A stretch of DNA of 64,000 bases from Candidatus Sumerlaeia bacterium (GTDB taxonomy: Bacteria > Sumerlaeota > Sumerlaeia > SLMS01). The stretch is taken from positions 1 through 64,000 of the forward strand of contig JBBQYG010000001.1 in the NCBI GenBank assembly GCA_038208905.1. The letters are read 5' to 3'. Each line of letters begins with the position of its first letter. Positions within the stretch are counted from its first letter, which is position 1. Below, piece by piece: positions 19,129-27,941 of this stretch. The notes under the pieces are model-generated. The model was given only the letters and a program-made list of their open reading frames with translations, did no database searches and was not told where the DNA came from. The position numbers and the translations under genes were made by a program.

Positions 19129-19523
19129 CAGCTCCCCGATCCGTGATGTTGCACGTCAGTGACTTCGTGCAGGTAGTCGTGGAGCCTGCTCATCAACGCG
19201 CGGTACTGCGCCGGGGTCAGATCAACCTCGGTGCCGCCCACCCCCAGGTCGATCATCGCATCCTTGGGGACAGACTTTAGGAATCCCTCGCGAAACACGA
19301 CGCGGACGCGGTCGCCCTGCATGGTGATGACGACGTCGCTCTCCTCCGTGGGGCCAAACTTGATCGAGTGATCCTCCGCAAGTTCCAGCAGGATGCCATC
19401 TTTCAATGGATCGAAGGGTGCCGGGGTAGCGGCGGGGGTGGCTGGTGCAGGGGGTTTTTCCTCCCGCGATCCGCAGCCCGCAATGGCGAGAGCGGCGATA
19501 AAGAAAACAGTGCGTGGCGACAT
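19128..19523 (-). CDS. Hypothetical lipoprotein
   Basis: Lipobox IAGC and Pro/Ala linker; stop overlaps the permease start. Confidence 0.75.
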   Translation of the reverse strand: MSPRTVFFIAALAIAGCGSREEKPPAPATPAATPAPFDPLKDGILLELAEDHSIKFGPTEESDVVITMQGDRVRVVFREGFLKSVPKDAMIDLGVGGTEVDLTPAQYRALMSRLHDYLHEVTDVQHHGSGS

Positions 19524-19623
19524 GAACGGTTACTTCCCAAGGCGTGGAGTCACCGGGATCCCGGCGCGCCTGTGAGGTGGATTGATTGGCGGATGCCCGC
19601 CACCGGCGCAACCCCAAGCATCG

Positions 19624-19664
19624 AATTGTAGTATTTGGTCACAAATGTATCATTGGTTACAAAT
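19624..19664. promoter_or_regulatory. Tandem AT-rich operator-like repeats in the divergent region upstream of the metal ABC operon
   Basis: TGTAGTATTTGGTCACAAAT followed by TGTATCATTGGTTACAAATT; each is pseudo-palindromic (TGT...ACA). Confidence 0.6.
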
Positions 19665-19746
19665 TGGCTTGCCATCCCCCCGCCAATGGCCCCACACACA
19701 TCGCGTCGCCGGTGGAACGGTGGCAGACTCCACCGAGGCCCGGTCC

Positions 19747-20691
19747 ATGCACTTTCCTCCCGCCCTTCGCGCACTGATCTGCTTCCTCGCCCTCGCGGCG
19801 TTGCTGGGGGCCGCACCGCTCCGCGCGGAGTATGCGGGTGCCTATCCCTTCAAGGCCGTGGCGACCACCGGAATGGTCGGCGACATGGTCCGCCGGATCG
19901 CGGGCGAGCGCGCCACCGTGACCGACCTGATGTCGGCGGGGATCGACCCCCACCTCTACAAGCCCGGCCGCGGCGACCTGATCGCGCTGAAGGGCGCGGA
20001 CATCGTCTTCTACAGCGGACTGAAGCTGGAGGGCCAGATGTCGGAAATTCTCGCCGGCCTCTCCACCAGCAAGCCCAGCATCGCCATCGCCGAGGCGATC
20101 CCATCCGCCAGGCTCCTGGGTGACGACCATCATCACGACCCCCATGTTTGGATGGACGCGGCCCTGTGGCTCCTGGCGGCGGAGAAGGCCCATGCGGGGC
20201 TCGTCACCTTCGACCCGAAGGGGAAGACGATCTACGAGGCGAATATGGAAATCCTGAAGAAGGATATGGCGGCCCTCGATACGCGTGCCCGCGAAGCCAT
20301 TGCTTCGATCCCCAAGGAGGCCCGCGTGCTCGTCACGGCACACGACGCCTTCAGCTATTTCGGACGCGCCTATGACATCGAAGTGATGGGCATCCAGGGC
20401 ATCTCCACCGAGTCCGAGGCGGGCCTGCAAGACATCAACCGCATGGTGGAACTGCTCGTGTCGCGCAAGATTCCCGCGGTCTTTGTGGAGAGCAGCGTCA
20501 GCGAAAAGAACGTCCGCGCCCTCGTCGAAGGCGCCGCCGCCCGCGGCCACAAAGTCGCCATCGGCGGCTCGCTCTTCTCCGACGCCATGGGCAAGGCCGG
20601 CACGCCGCAGGGCACGTACATCGGCATGATTGATCACAACGTGGAGACGATTGTGAAAGCGTTGAAGGGGAAGGAAGGGAATGGGGAATAG
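19747..20691 (+). CDS. troA: Mn/Zn/Fe ABC transporter substrate-binding protein (TroA/MntA family)
   Basis: IDPHLYKP, HDPHVWMD, LVTAHDAFSYFGRAY, GISTESEA, LFSDAMG, GMIDHN. Confidence 0.93.
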   Translation: MHFPPALRALICFLALAALLGAAPLRAEYAGAYPFKAVATTGMVGDMVRRIAGERATVTDLMSAGIDPHLYKPGRGDLIALKGADIVFYSGLKLEGQMSEILAGLSTSKPSIAIAEAIPSARLLGDDHHHDPHVWMDAALWLLAAEKAHAGLVTFDPKGKTIYEANMEILKKDMAALDTRAREAIASIPKEARVLVTAHDAFSYFGRAYDIEVMGIQGISTESEAGLQDINRMVELLVSRKIPAVFVESSVSEKNVRALVEGAAARGHKVAIGGSLFSDAMGKAGTPQGTYIGMIDHNVETIVKALKGKEGNGE

Positions 20692-20804
20692 GGAGTGGGG
20701 AATGGAGTTCCAACCCGCTCCCCTTCGCACTCCCTGTTAGGGATTCCTCGACATTCTCGCCACATCAGTTCCCTATTCCCCATTCCCCGTTCCCCATTCC
20801 CCCT
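20668..20804. repeat. Inverted heptamer tandem repeats (GGGAATG/GGGAATA ... CATTCCC/TATTCCC)
   Basis: About 4 GGGAAT(G/A)-like units at 20678-20706 and the complementary run TTCCCTATTCCCCATTCCCCGTTCCCCATTCCCC at about 20769-20802. Confidence 0.8.
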
Positions 20805-20809
20805 CTCCC

Positions 20810-21622
20810 ATGCCCCTCCCCGGAATCCGCCCCAGCATCCCCGCCACACCCCGCGACGACCACGCGGAGGATGCGCCGTTGTCTATACACGACCTGACAG
20901 TGGCGTATCGGCGGAAGCCGGTGCTGTGGGACGTGGACCTGGACCTGCCGGAGAAGCGCCTGATCGCGCTGGTGGGGCCGAATGGCGCGGGGAAGAGCAC
21001 GCTGCTGAAGGCCGCGCTGGGGCTGGTGCCCGCCGTGTCGGGCGATGTGAAGGTCTATGGGCGCGACTACAAGGAGCAGCGCAGGCTGGTGGCCTATGTG
21101 CCGCAGCGGGAGTCTGTGGATTGGGACTTCCCCGTGAACGCACTGGATGTTGTGGCGATGGGCCGCTATCGGCGCATCGGATGGCTGAGGCCCGTGGGTC
21201 GCGCGGACCGCGAGGCGGCGATGGTGGCGCTGGGCAAGGTGGGGATGGCGGACTATGCGCAGCGCCAGATCAGCCAGCTTTCCGGGGGCCAGCAGCAGCG
21301 GGTGTTCCTCGCCCGCGCCCTGGCTCAGGAGGCGCGCCTGTACCTGATGGACGAGCCCTTCGCGGGCGTGGATGCCGCGACGGAGAAGGCTATCGTGGCG
21401 CTGCTCGACGACCTGCGCGAGCAGGGAAACACGGTGCTTGTTGTACATCATGATATACAGACCGTGCCCGCGTATTTCGACTATGTGGTGATGCTGAACA
21501 TGCGCGTGGTGGCCCATGGTCCCGTTGAGGACGTGTTCACGGAGGAGAATCTGCGCAAGACATACGGCGGCAAGCTGACGCTGCTGAGCGCCGCCGCCGA
21601 GGCGCTGGCGGGCAGGCGATGA
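20810..21622 (+). CDS. troB: Metal ABC transporter ATP-binding protein (TroB/MntB)
   Basis: GPNGAGKST, YVPQRESVDWDFP, LSGGQQQRV, LMDEPF, VVHHD. Confidence 0.95.
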   Translation: MPLPGIRPSIPATPRDDHAEDAPLSIHDLTVAYRRKPVLWDVDLDLPEKRLIALVGPNGAGKSTLLKAALGLVPAVSGDVKVYGRDYKEQRRLVAYVPQRESVDWDFPVNALDVVAMGRYRRIGWLRPVGRADREAAMVALGKVGMADYAQRQISQLSGGQQQRVFLARALAQEARLYLMDEPFAGVDAATEKAIVALLDDLREQGNTVLVVHHDIQTVPAYFDYVVMLNMRVVAHGPVEDVFTEENLRKTYGGKLTLLSAAAEALAGRR

Positions 21623-22989
21623 TTTCGAGCCTGGCCGCCGCCAGCCACGCGGAAATCGTTCCTCCGATGGAGGCGCTGTGGCGGGTGCTGTCGCTGCAGG
21701 ACTACAATACGCGGGTCGTCGTGATTGGCACAACGCTGCTGGGCCTCGCATCGGGGCTGGCGGGGGTGTTCCTGCTGCTGAGGAAGCGCTCGCTCCTAAG
21801 CGACGTGGTCAGTCACTCCGCCCTTCCCGGAATTGGCATCGCGTTCATCGCGATGACGATGATGGGCGGCGGCGGCAAGAACACCCTTGGCCTGCTGCTT
21901 GGCGCCACGGCGACCGCGCTGCTGGGCATTGTCGCGGTCGGCGCCATCCGTCGGTTCACGCGCCTGAAGGACGATGCGGCGCTGGCGATCGTGCTGGGGA
22001 CGTTCTTCTCCGCGGGGATCGCGCTGACCGGCGTGGCGGCGCGCATGCCTGGCGCGGGAGCGTCGGGGCTGGAGAGCTGGATCTACGGCAAGACCGCGTC
22101 GATGCTCTTCTCCGACGCGCTGCTGATCGGAATCACCGGCCTGCTGGTGACGCTGGGGACGGTGCTGCTCTTCAAGGAGCTGGCGCTGCTATGCTTCGAC
22201 GAGGACTTCGCCGCGACGCAGGGTTGGCCCGTGGGGCTGCTGGACATGTTGCTGATGGGCGCGACGGTGGCCGTCACGGTGATCGGCTTGCAGGCGGTGG
22301 GGCTGATCCTGGTGGTGGCGCTCCTGATCATACCGCCGGCGGCGGCGCGGCTGTGGACGCATCGGCTGCGCCCGCTTGCCGCGATCTCGGCGGTGATCGG
22401 CGGGCTCGCCTGCCTGGTGGGGAGCGCCCTCAGCGCGCTGATGGAGAATCTCCCCGCGGGCGCGATCATCGTGCTCTCCGCGGCGGCGCTGTTCTGCGTC
22501 AGCCTCGTCTTCGGCACAGAGGGCGGGATGCTCCACCGAGGCCTCGGCGCGTGGACGCTGCGCAAGCGCGTCGGTCGCCAGCATCTGCTCCGCGCGCTGG
22601 CGGAGCTTGCAGAGCAATCCGGCAAGGACGTCGCCTCCTTCTCCACGATCCGTCACCGGCGATCGTGGCACACCGCGACGGTGCGGGGACTCCTCGCAAG
22701 CGCCATGAAGGATGGGCTGGTGGAGCGCGTGGATGCGCGCCATTGGCGCCTGACGGAATCCGGAGTGGCGGAAGCCCGCCGCGTTGTCCGCAATCACCGC
22801 CTCTGGGAATTGTTCCTGATCACCCACGCCGACATCGCGCCCTCCCACGTGGATCGCGACGCCGACATGATCGAGCACATCCTGGACGAGCGAATGATCG
22901 CGCAGCTTGAGGGATTGATGGCCGGGGAGAATCGCGGCCACGTGCCGCCGAGCCCGCACGCATTGCGTCCGGCGGAGGGCACGGCCTGA
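21619..22989 (+). CDS. troC: Metal ABC permease fused to a C-terminal DtxR/MntR-like domain (TroC / YtgCR-like)
   Basis: DVVSHSALPG permease motif; C-terminal LTESGVAEARRVVRNHRLWELFL...VDRDADMIEHIL...PPSPH. Confidence 0.9.
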   Translation: MISSLAAASHAEIVPPMEALWRVLSLQDYNTRVVVIGTTLLGLASGLAGVFLLLRKRSLLSDVVSHSALPGIGIAFIAMTMMGGGGKNTLGLLLGATATALLGIVAVGAIRRFTRLKDDAALAIVLGTFFSAGIALTGVAARMPGAGASGLESWIYGKTASMLFSDALLIGITGLLVTLGTVLLFKELALLCFDEDFAATQGWPVGLLDMLLMGATVAVTVIGLQAVGLILVVALLIIPPAAARLWTHRLRPLAAISAVIGGLACLVGSALSALMENLPAGAIIVLSAAALFCVSLVFGTEGGMLHRGLGAWTLRKRVGRQHLLRALAELAEQSGKDVASFSTIRHRRSWHTATVRGLLASAMKDGLVERVDARHWRLTESGVAEARRVVRNHRLWELFLITHADIAPSHVDRDADMIEHILDERMIAQLEGLMAGENRGHVPPSPHALRPAEGTA

Positions 22990-24293
22990 TGTGGACGACC
23001 TTCGACACCGCGATCGTGGCCACGGGCGCCATCGCGGCGATGTCCTGCGCGCTGCCGGGATGCTTCCTTCTGCTGAGGCGCAGCAGCATGATGGGCGACG
23101 CGATCAGCCACACGGTGCTGCCGGGAATTGCGGCGGCATACCTGCTGACGGGATCGCGGGACAGCCTGCCGATGTTCGTCGGCGCCATCGTGGTGGGCGT
23201 CCTGACGGCGTTGCTGATTCAGGCGGTGCAGCGCGGCGGCCAGGTGGAGGAAGGCGCCGCGATGGGCGTGGTGTTCACGTCGCTCTTTGCCCTCGGCCTC
23301 GTGATGATCCGTCGCGCGGCGGACCATGTGGACCTCGACCCGAGCTGCGTCCTCTATGGCGCGCTGGAACTGGCGCCGCTGGATACCGTCTCCGTCGGCG
23401 GCTGGGACATTCCCCGCGCAGCAATTTCGAGCGGCGCGCTCCTGCTGATCAACGCGGTCTTCATCGGCATCTTCTACAAGGAGCTGAAGCTCTGTGCGTT
23501 CGACCCGGGCTATGCGCGGACACAGGGCATTCGCGTCGGCGCGCTGAATCTGGCGCTGATGACGCTGATCGCCGCGACCACCGTGGCCGCGTTCGAGAGC
23601 GTCGGCAGCATCCTGGTGATCGCGATGCTCATCGTGCCCGCCGCCACCGCCTACCTGATGACGGATCGGCTGCCGATCATGCTGGTGGGGAGTCTCGTCT
23701 TCGGCGCGCTCTCCGCCGCGCTCGGCCACGGCATGGTGGTGTGGATGGTCGATGGATTGGGACTGCCCGACACCAGCTCCGCGGGGATGACCGGCGTGGC
23801 GGCGGGGATCCTCTTCGTCGCGATGGCGCTGGGTTCCCCGAAGTATGGTATCCTGATGCGCGCGGCCCGTTCGCTCCAGCTCGCCCTCGGCATCGCGCGC
23901 GACGATGTGCTCGCCTACCTGTACCGCCACGGCGAACTTGATCCACTGGGCACCCGCCCGCGCCCCACGGCAAGCAACCTCCGCGAGGCCATCCGTGCCC
24001 GCGTCGCGGTCAGCGCGGCGATCTGGCAACTGAGGAATCGGCGCCTGCTGGCGGCGGAGGGCGGCGGAATCGCCCTCACCCCCGCTGGCCGCGACACGGC
24101 CCGGGGCCTTGTCCGGTCGCATCGGCTGTGGGAGACGTATCTGGTGGAGAAATTGGGGCTCCGACCCGATCACGTGCATTCCACGGCGGAAGTTCTGGAG
24201 CACATCACCGACCGCACCATGCGCGAAAGCCTGAGCCGCGAGACCGGCGACGCCCCCCGGGACCCCCACCGCTCCAGCATCCCCCCAGAGTGA
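22989..24293 (+). CDS. troD: Metal ABC permease fused to a C-terminal DtxR/MntR-like domain (TroD)
   Basis: DAISHTVLPG; C-terminal LTPAGRDTARGLVRSHRLWETYL...VHSTAEVLEHI...DPHRSSIP. Confidence 0.9.
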   Translation: MWTTFDTAIVATGAIAAMSCALPGCFLLLRRSSMMGDAISHTVLPGIAAAYLLTGSRDSLPMFVGAIVVGVLTALLIQAVQRGGQVEEGAAMGVVFTSLFALGLVMIRRAADHVDLDPSCVLYGALELAPLDTVSVGGWDIPRAAISSGALLLINAVFIGIFYKELKLCAFDPGYARTQGIRVGALNLALMTLIAATTVAAFESVGSILVIAMLIVPAATAYLMTDRLPIMLVGSLVFGALSAALGHGMVVWMVDGLGLPDTSSAGMTGVAAGILFVAMALGSPKYGILMRAARSLQLALGIARDDVLAYLYRHGELDPLGTRPRPTASNLREAIRARVAVSAAIWQLRNRRLLAAEGGGIALTPAGRDTARGLVRSHRLWETYLVEKLGLRPDHVHSTAEVLEHITDRTMRESLSRETGDAPRDPHRSSIPPE

Positions 24294-24375
24294 CCCCCCG
24301 CAATCGTTGCTGACACGCGGGCGGGCGTCGGCCTACACTTTCCACCAGATTACCCGCGAAGGAGCCGCGCAGCCC

Positions 24376-24597
24376 ATGTTACTCTTATCGGCAGGCCTAT
24401 TCCCCGGGTTCTGGGAAATGATGATAGTCCTCGCGGTGGTCCTGCTTATCTTCGGGCCGCGCAACCTCCCCAAGCTGGGCGCCATGATCGGCAAGACCAT
24501 TGGCTCCTTCCGCGACGCCGCTACCAAGGGCGTGGACGAGGACGAGGAAACCCCGAAAGCGCCCGCATCAATCGACAGTCGCAAGGAACCGAGGTAA
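24376..24597 (+). CDS. tatA: Twin-arginine translocase TatA/TatE subunit
   Basis: GFWEMMIVLAVVLLIFGPRNLPKLGAMIGKTIGSFR. Confidence 0.9.
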   Translation: MLLLSAGLFPGFWEMMIVLAVVLLIFGPRNLPKLGAMIGKTIGSFRDAATKGVDEDEETPKAPASIDSRKEPR

Positions 24598-24690
24598 GAA
24601 GGAAGTAAGGGACTGCAGGGGCCGAGGGAACGAAAAGCTGGAGTTCCCCTTTCCCTGCCTCCCCCTGCTTTTTCCTGCCTCTCCCCCCCC

Positions 24691-25785
24691 CTAAACCACC
24701 GGATCTTCCGCCTCGTTCGTGTGGGCCATCATCTTGACGCGAAGTTCGTCGGGATAGGTGGCGCGCTCGAGGGCGACATCTCCGTTGACCTGACCGGCCT
24801 TGTAGAGGCGGAACAGGAAATCGTCCATGGTCATCATGCCCATCTTGGCGGAGATCTGGATCTGGGAGAAGAGGCGGTTGGTCTTGTGCTCGCGGATGAG
24901 CGAGGCGACGGCGGGGACGTTGTGGAGGATCTCGTAGGCGGCGCGGCGGCCCTTGCCGGACGCGTGGGGGACGAGCGTTTGGGCGATGATCGTCTTGAGC
25001 GCCACGGAGAGCACCGCGCGCACCTGTTCCTGTTGGTTGGCTGGGAAGGCGTCGATCATGCGGTCAACGGTGGAGGATGCGTCGATGGTGTGCAGCGTTC
25101 CGAACACCAAGTGGCCTGTTTCCGCGGCGTGGAGGCCGGCTTCCATCGTTTCCAAATCTCGCATTTCACCCACCAGAATCACGTCGGGGTCCTGACGCAG
25201 CGCGCCGCGGAGCGCGTAGGAGAAGCTGGGCGTGTCCACGTGGATTTCGCGATGGGTGACGATGGCCTTCTTGTGGGGGTGGATGTACTCGATCGGGTCC
25301 TCGATGGTGATGATGTGGACGTAGCGGTTCACGTTGATGTAGTCGATCAGCGTCGCCAGCGTGGTCGTCTTGCCGGAGCCGGTGGGGCCGGTGATAATGC
25401 AGAGACCGCGGTGGGCGTGGAGCACGTTGATGATCGATTCCTTGGGAAGGCCAAGGACCTCGAACGGCAGCAGCCGCGAGGGAATGAGTCGCATGACGAT
25501 GCTGATGTTGCCGCGCGCGCGGAACACGGCCACGCGGAAACGGGCCTGGTCGGAGTAGGAGTAGGCGAAGTCGGCGGAGCCGTGCTCCTGAAGCATCTGC
25601 TGATAGCGCGGCGGCGTGATTTCGCGCATCAGGCGCTCGGAATCGTCGGGCGTCAGGATGTCGGGATCGACCACGTCCAAGGTGCCGCCAAGCCGCATGA
25701 CGGCGGCCTTGCCGACGGAGATGTGAAGGTCGGAGCCATCGCGCTCGACGATGATCTTCAGCATCTCGTTGATGTCCATTGCCAT
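24691..25785 (-). CDS. pilT: Type IV pilus retraction ATPase PilT family
   Basis: SDLHI, RFRVAVF, TGPTGSGKTTTL, TIEDPIEY, ALRQDPDVILVGEMRD, AETGHLVFGTLHT, SLIRE. Confidence 0.93.
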   Translation of the reverse strand: MAMDINEMLKIIVERDGSDLHISVGKAAVMRLGGTLDVVDPDILTPDDSERLMREITPPRYQQMLQEHGSADFAYSYSDQARFRVAVFRARGNISIVMRLIPSRLLPFEVLGLPKESIINVLHAHRGLCIITGPTGSGKTTTLATLIDYINVNRYVHIITIEDPIEYIHPHKKAIVTHREIHVDTPSFSYALRGALRQDPDVILVGEMRDLETMEAGLHAAETGHLVFGTLHTIDASSTVDRMIDAFPANQQEQVRAVLSVALKTIIAQTLVPHASGKGRRAAYEILHNVPAVASLIREHKTNRLFSQIQISAKMGMMTMDDFLFRLYKAGQVNGDVALERATYPDELRVKMMAHTNEAEDPVV

Positions 25786-26066
25786 GGGTGAAGCGGCTCC
25801 TTGGCGGCGGATGCGCCGCGCGGACGGTTGGTTGGGCGTGCCCAATGGCCAGAGGATGGAACGCCCGCTCGAGGCTGTCAATGCGAGGTGTGGGTTGGGG
25901 GATGGGGCATCCACCAGCGATTTGGGATCACTGGAAAGTGTCGAGTTATCCAGGTCACCATGGTCATTAAGGTCATATAAGCGTCGTCCCGCGCCATCCT
26001 CGCGCTTGCCCACCCGCCCACCGACTCCCACGCTTTCTCCGACAGTCAATCCCCGGAGGAACCCTC

Positions 26067-26330
26067 ATGCCCGAAATACTCTCCATTGATCCTACCCCCA
26101 ATGAGAACGCGATGAAGTTCACCATCAACGGGAAGGCCATCGCCTCGGGCTCCGCCACGTTCAAGAAGGACACGGCCGCCAACAACCCCATCGCCGAGGC
26201 CGTCTTCAAGAATCCCGGCGTTGTGGCGGTTTTTCTGCTCAACGATTTCGTGACGGTGACCAAGGAGCCCGGCGCCGGGTGGAACGACCTGCTGGATCCC
26301 GTGTCGGACTCCATCCGGAGCGTCGGCTGA
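26067..26330 (+). CDS. NifU N-terminal (Nfu_N) domain protein
   Basis: IDPTPNENAMKF...PIAEAVF..PGVVAVFLLNDFVTVTK...W; RBS GGAGGA. Confidence 0.85.
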   Translation: MPEILSIDPTPNENAMKFTINGKAIASGSATFKKDTAANNPIAEAVFKNPGVVAVFLLNDFVTVTKEPGAGWNDLLDPVSDSIRSVG

Positions 26331-26338
26331 CCCCCCCC

Positions 26339-27841
26339 ATGATCGCCCACGTCTTCCCCCCCGCGGCACCGCTTTCCGGCGTGATCGATCCGCCATCGTC
26401 CAAGAACTTCACCACGCGCTACTTGCTGGCGAGTTGCCTCGCGGAGGGCCATAGCGTCGTCCGCCGCCCCGCCGTGCAGGACGACGCGGTGGCGCTGGTC
26501 GGGTGCTGCCGCGCGATGGGCGCCACGATCCGCGCGCTGGACCGCGACGGTGCGGAGGTTGCCTATGAGGTGGAGAATGACGGCCGCGTGGAGCGCCTTG
26601 AAATCATCGGCTTTGGCGCCGCGCCCAGGCTGCGCCATTCCGGGGAGCCACTGAACCCCGGCAATGCCGGCGCCGTGTTCCGCATGGTGATGGCTGTGAG
26701 CGCGTTGCTGCCGGAGGTGCGGTGGGAGACCGACTACGTCGATTCGCTGGGCAAGCGCCCCAACATCGACCTGCTGGAGGCGCTGGAGCGGCTTGGCGTG
26801 GAGGTGGAATACGCCGGTGGTGACGGCTGTCTGCCGATCACGCTGCGCGGAGGCGCCGAACGCATCCTCGCCCACCTTAGAACCGTGCGCCAGGACCTCG
26901 GCATTGCCGCTCACGATCCCGTGCCCATCGAGGTCTCTGGCGCTGTCAGCAGCCAGTACACCAGCGCGCTGATGTTTCTGGCGCCGCTGATCGGCGAGGA
27001 CATCGAGCTTCGCGCGACGGGGCGGCTGAAGTCGCTCCCGCTGATCGAGACGACGCGCAACGTGCTCTCCGCCGCGGGGATCGAGGTGGAGTCCAGCGAG
27101 GCCCGCCACATCCACCGCATCCGCGCGGGACAGAAGTACCAGCCGCGCGTGTGGGAGACCAACGGCGACTGGCCCGGCTCCTCCGCGATTTTGGCGGCGG
27201 CCGCCGTCGTGCCGGGGAGCCACATCACCGTGAGGCGCCTTTATCGCGACGAGCAGGGCGAGAAGGAATGTGTCCCTTTCTTCGAGAAGATGGGCTGCTC
27301 TGTCTCCGAATGGACCAGCGAAGGCGCCGATCCGCGCCTGGAGTTCCGCGGTCCCGCCGGGGATACGCTGGAGGCGGCGTCGGTGAACGGCGACCTGTGT
27401 ACCGACGCCGTGCTGGCGATGATGGGGGCGGCGCTGGTGGCGCGCGGCAACAGCCGCTTTGTCCAGATCCGAAACCTCCAGTTCAAGGAATGCGACCGCG
27501 TTCGCGAGCCGATCGCCGAATTGCGCAAGGTGTGGGCGACGGCGCTCCCCGGGGAGCGCGTCCTGCCCGGGAACCGCGCCATCCGCTGGGAACCGGACGA
27601 CGATCCCGACACCATCCATGTGACGGGGGCCCCCCAGGGCTTCGAGGGCGGGATCGAGGTGGATGGCCGGGGCGACCACCGGGTGATCATGATGCTGTCA
27701 ATTGTGGCGTTGCGCTGCCGCAAGGGCCTCCGCATCCGGGGTGCCGAGCACGTGAGCAAGAGCTTCCCCGCGTGGTTCGACGTACTGGCCCAGATGGGCG
27801 TCCGCGTGGAATTCACCGAGGAAAAGCCGGGAACTCCATGA
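26339..27841 (+). CDS. aroA: 3-phosphoshikimate 1-carboxyvinyltransferase (EPSP synthase), Deinococcus-like clade
   Basis: PSSKNFTTRYLL, PGNAGAV, SLGKRP, SSQYTSAL, GDWPGS, KECDR, DHRVIM, VSKSFP. Confidence 0.9.
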   Translation: MIAHVFPPAAPLSGVIDPPSSKNFTTRYLLASCLAEGHSVVRRPAVQDDAVALVGCCRAMGATIRALDRDGAEVAYEVENDGRVERLEIIGFGAAPRLRHSGEPLNPGNAGAVFRMVMAVSALLPEVRWETDYVDSLGKRPNIDLLEALERLGVEVEYAGGDGCLPITLRGGAERILAHLRTVRQDLGIAAHDPVPIEVSGAVSSQYTSALMFLAPLIGEDIELRATGRLKSLPLIETTRNVLSAAGIEVESSEARHIHRIRAGQKYQPRVWETNGDWPGSSAILAAAAVVPGSHITVRRLYRDEQGEKECVPFFEKMGCSVSEWTSEGADPRLEFRGPAGDTLEAASVNGDLCTDAVLAMMGAALVARGNSRFVQIRNLQFKECDRVREPIAELRKVWATALPGERVLPGNRAIRWEPDDDPDTIHVTGAPQGFEGGIEVDGRGDHRVIMMLSIVALRCRKGLRIRGAEHVSKSFPAWFDVLAQMGVRVEFTEEKPGTP

Positions 27842-27867
27842 TAAGTGGCTTGCTTACCAGCCAGTCG

Positions 27868-27897
27868 TTGACCGATTGTTTTTAGTGTCCAGATACT
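27868..27897 (+). promoter_or_regulatory. Putative sigma70-type promoter of the pilU-like gene
   Basis: TTGACC-N18-GATACT in an AT-rich intergenic stretch. Confidence 0.45.
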
Positions 27898-27941
27898 TGT
27901 GACGGCTTTCCGAAACTCATCCCGTCAAGGATACCTCCCCC

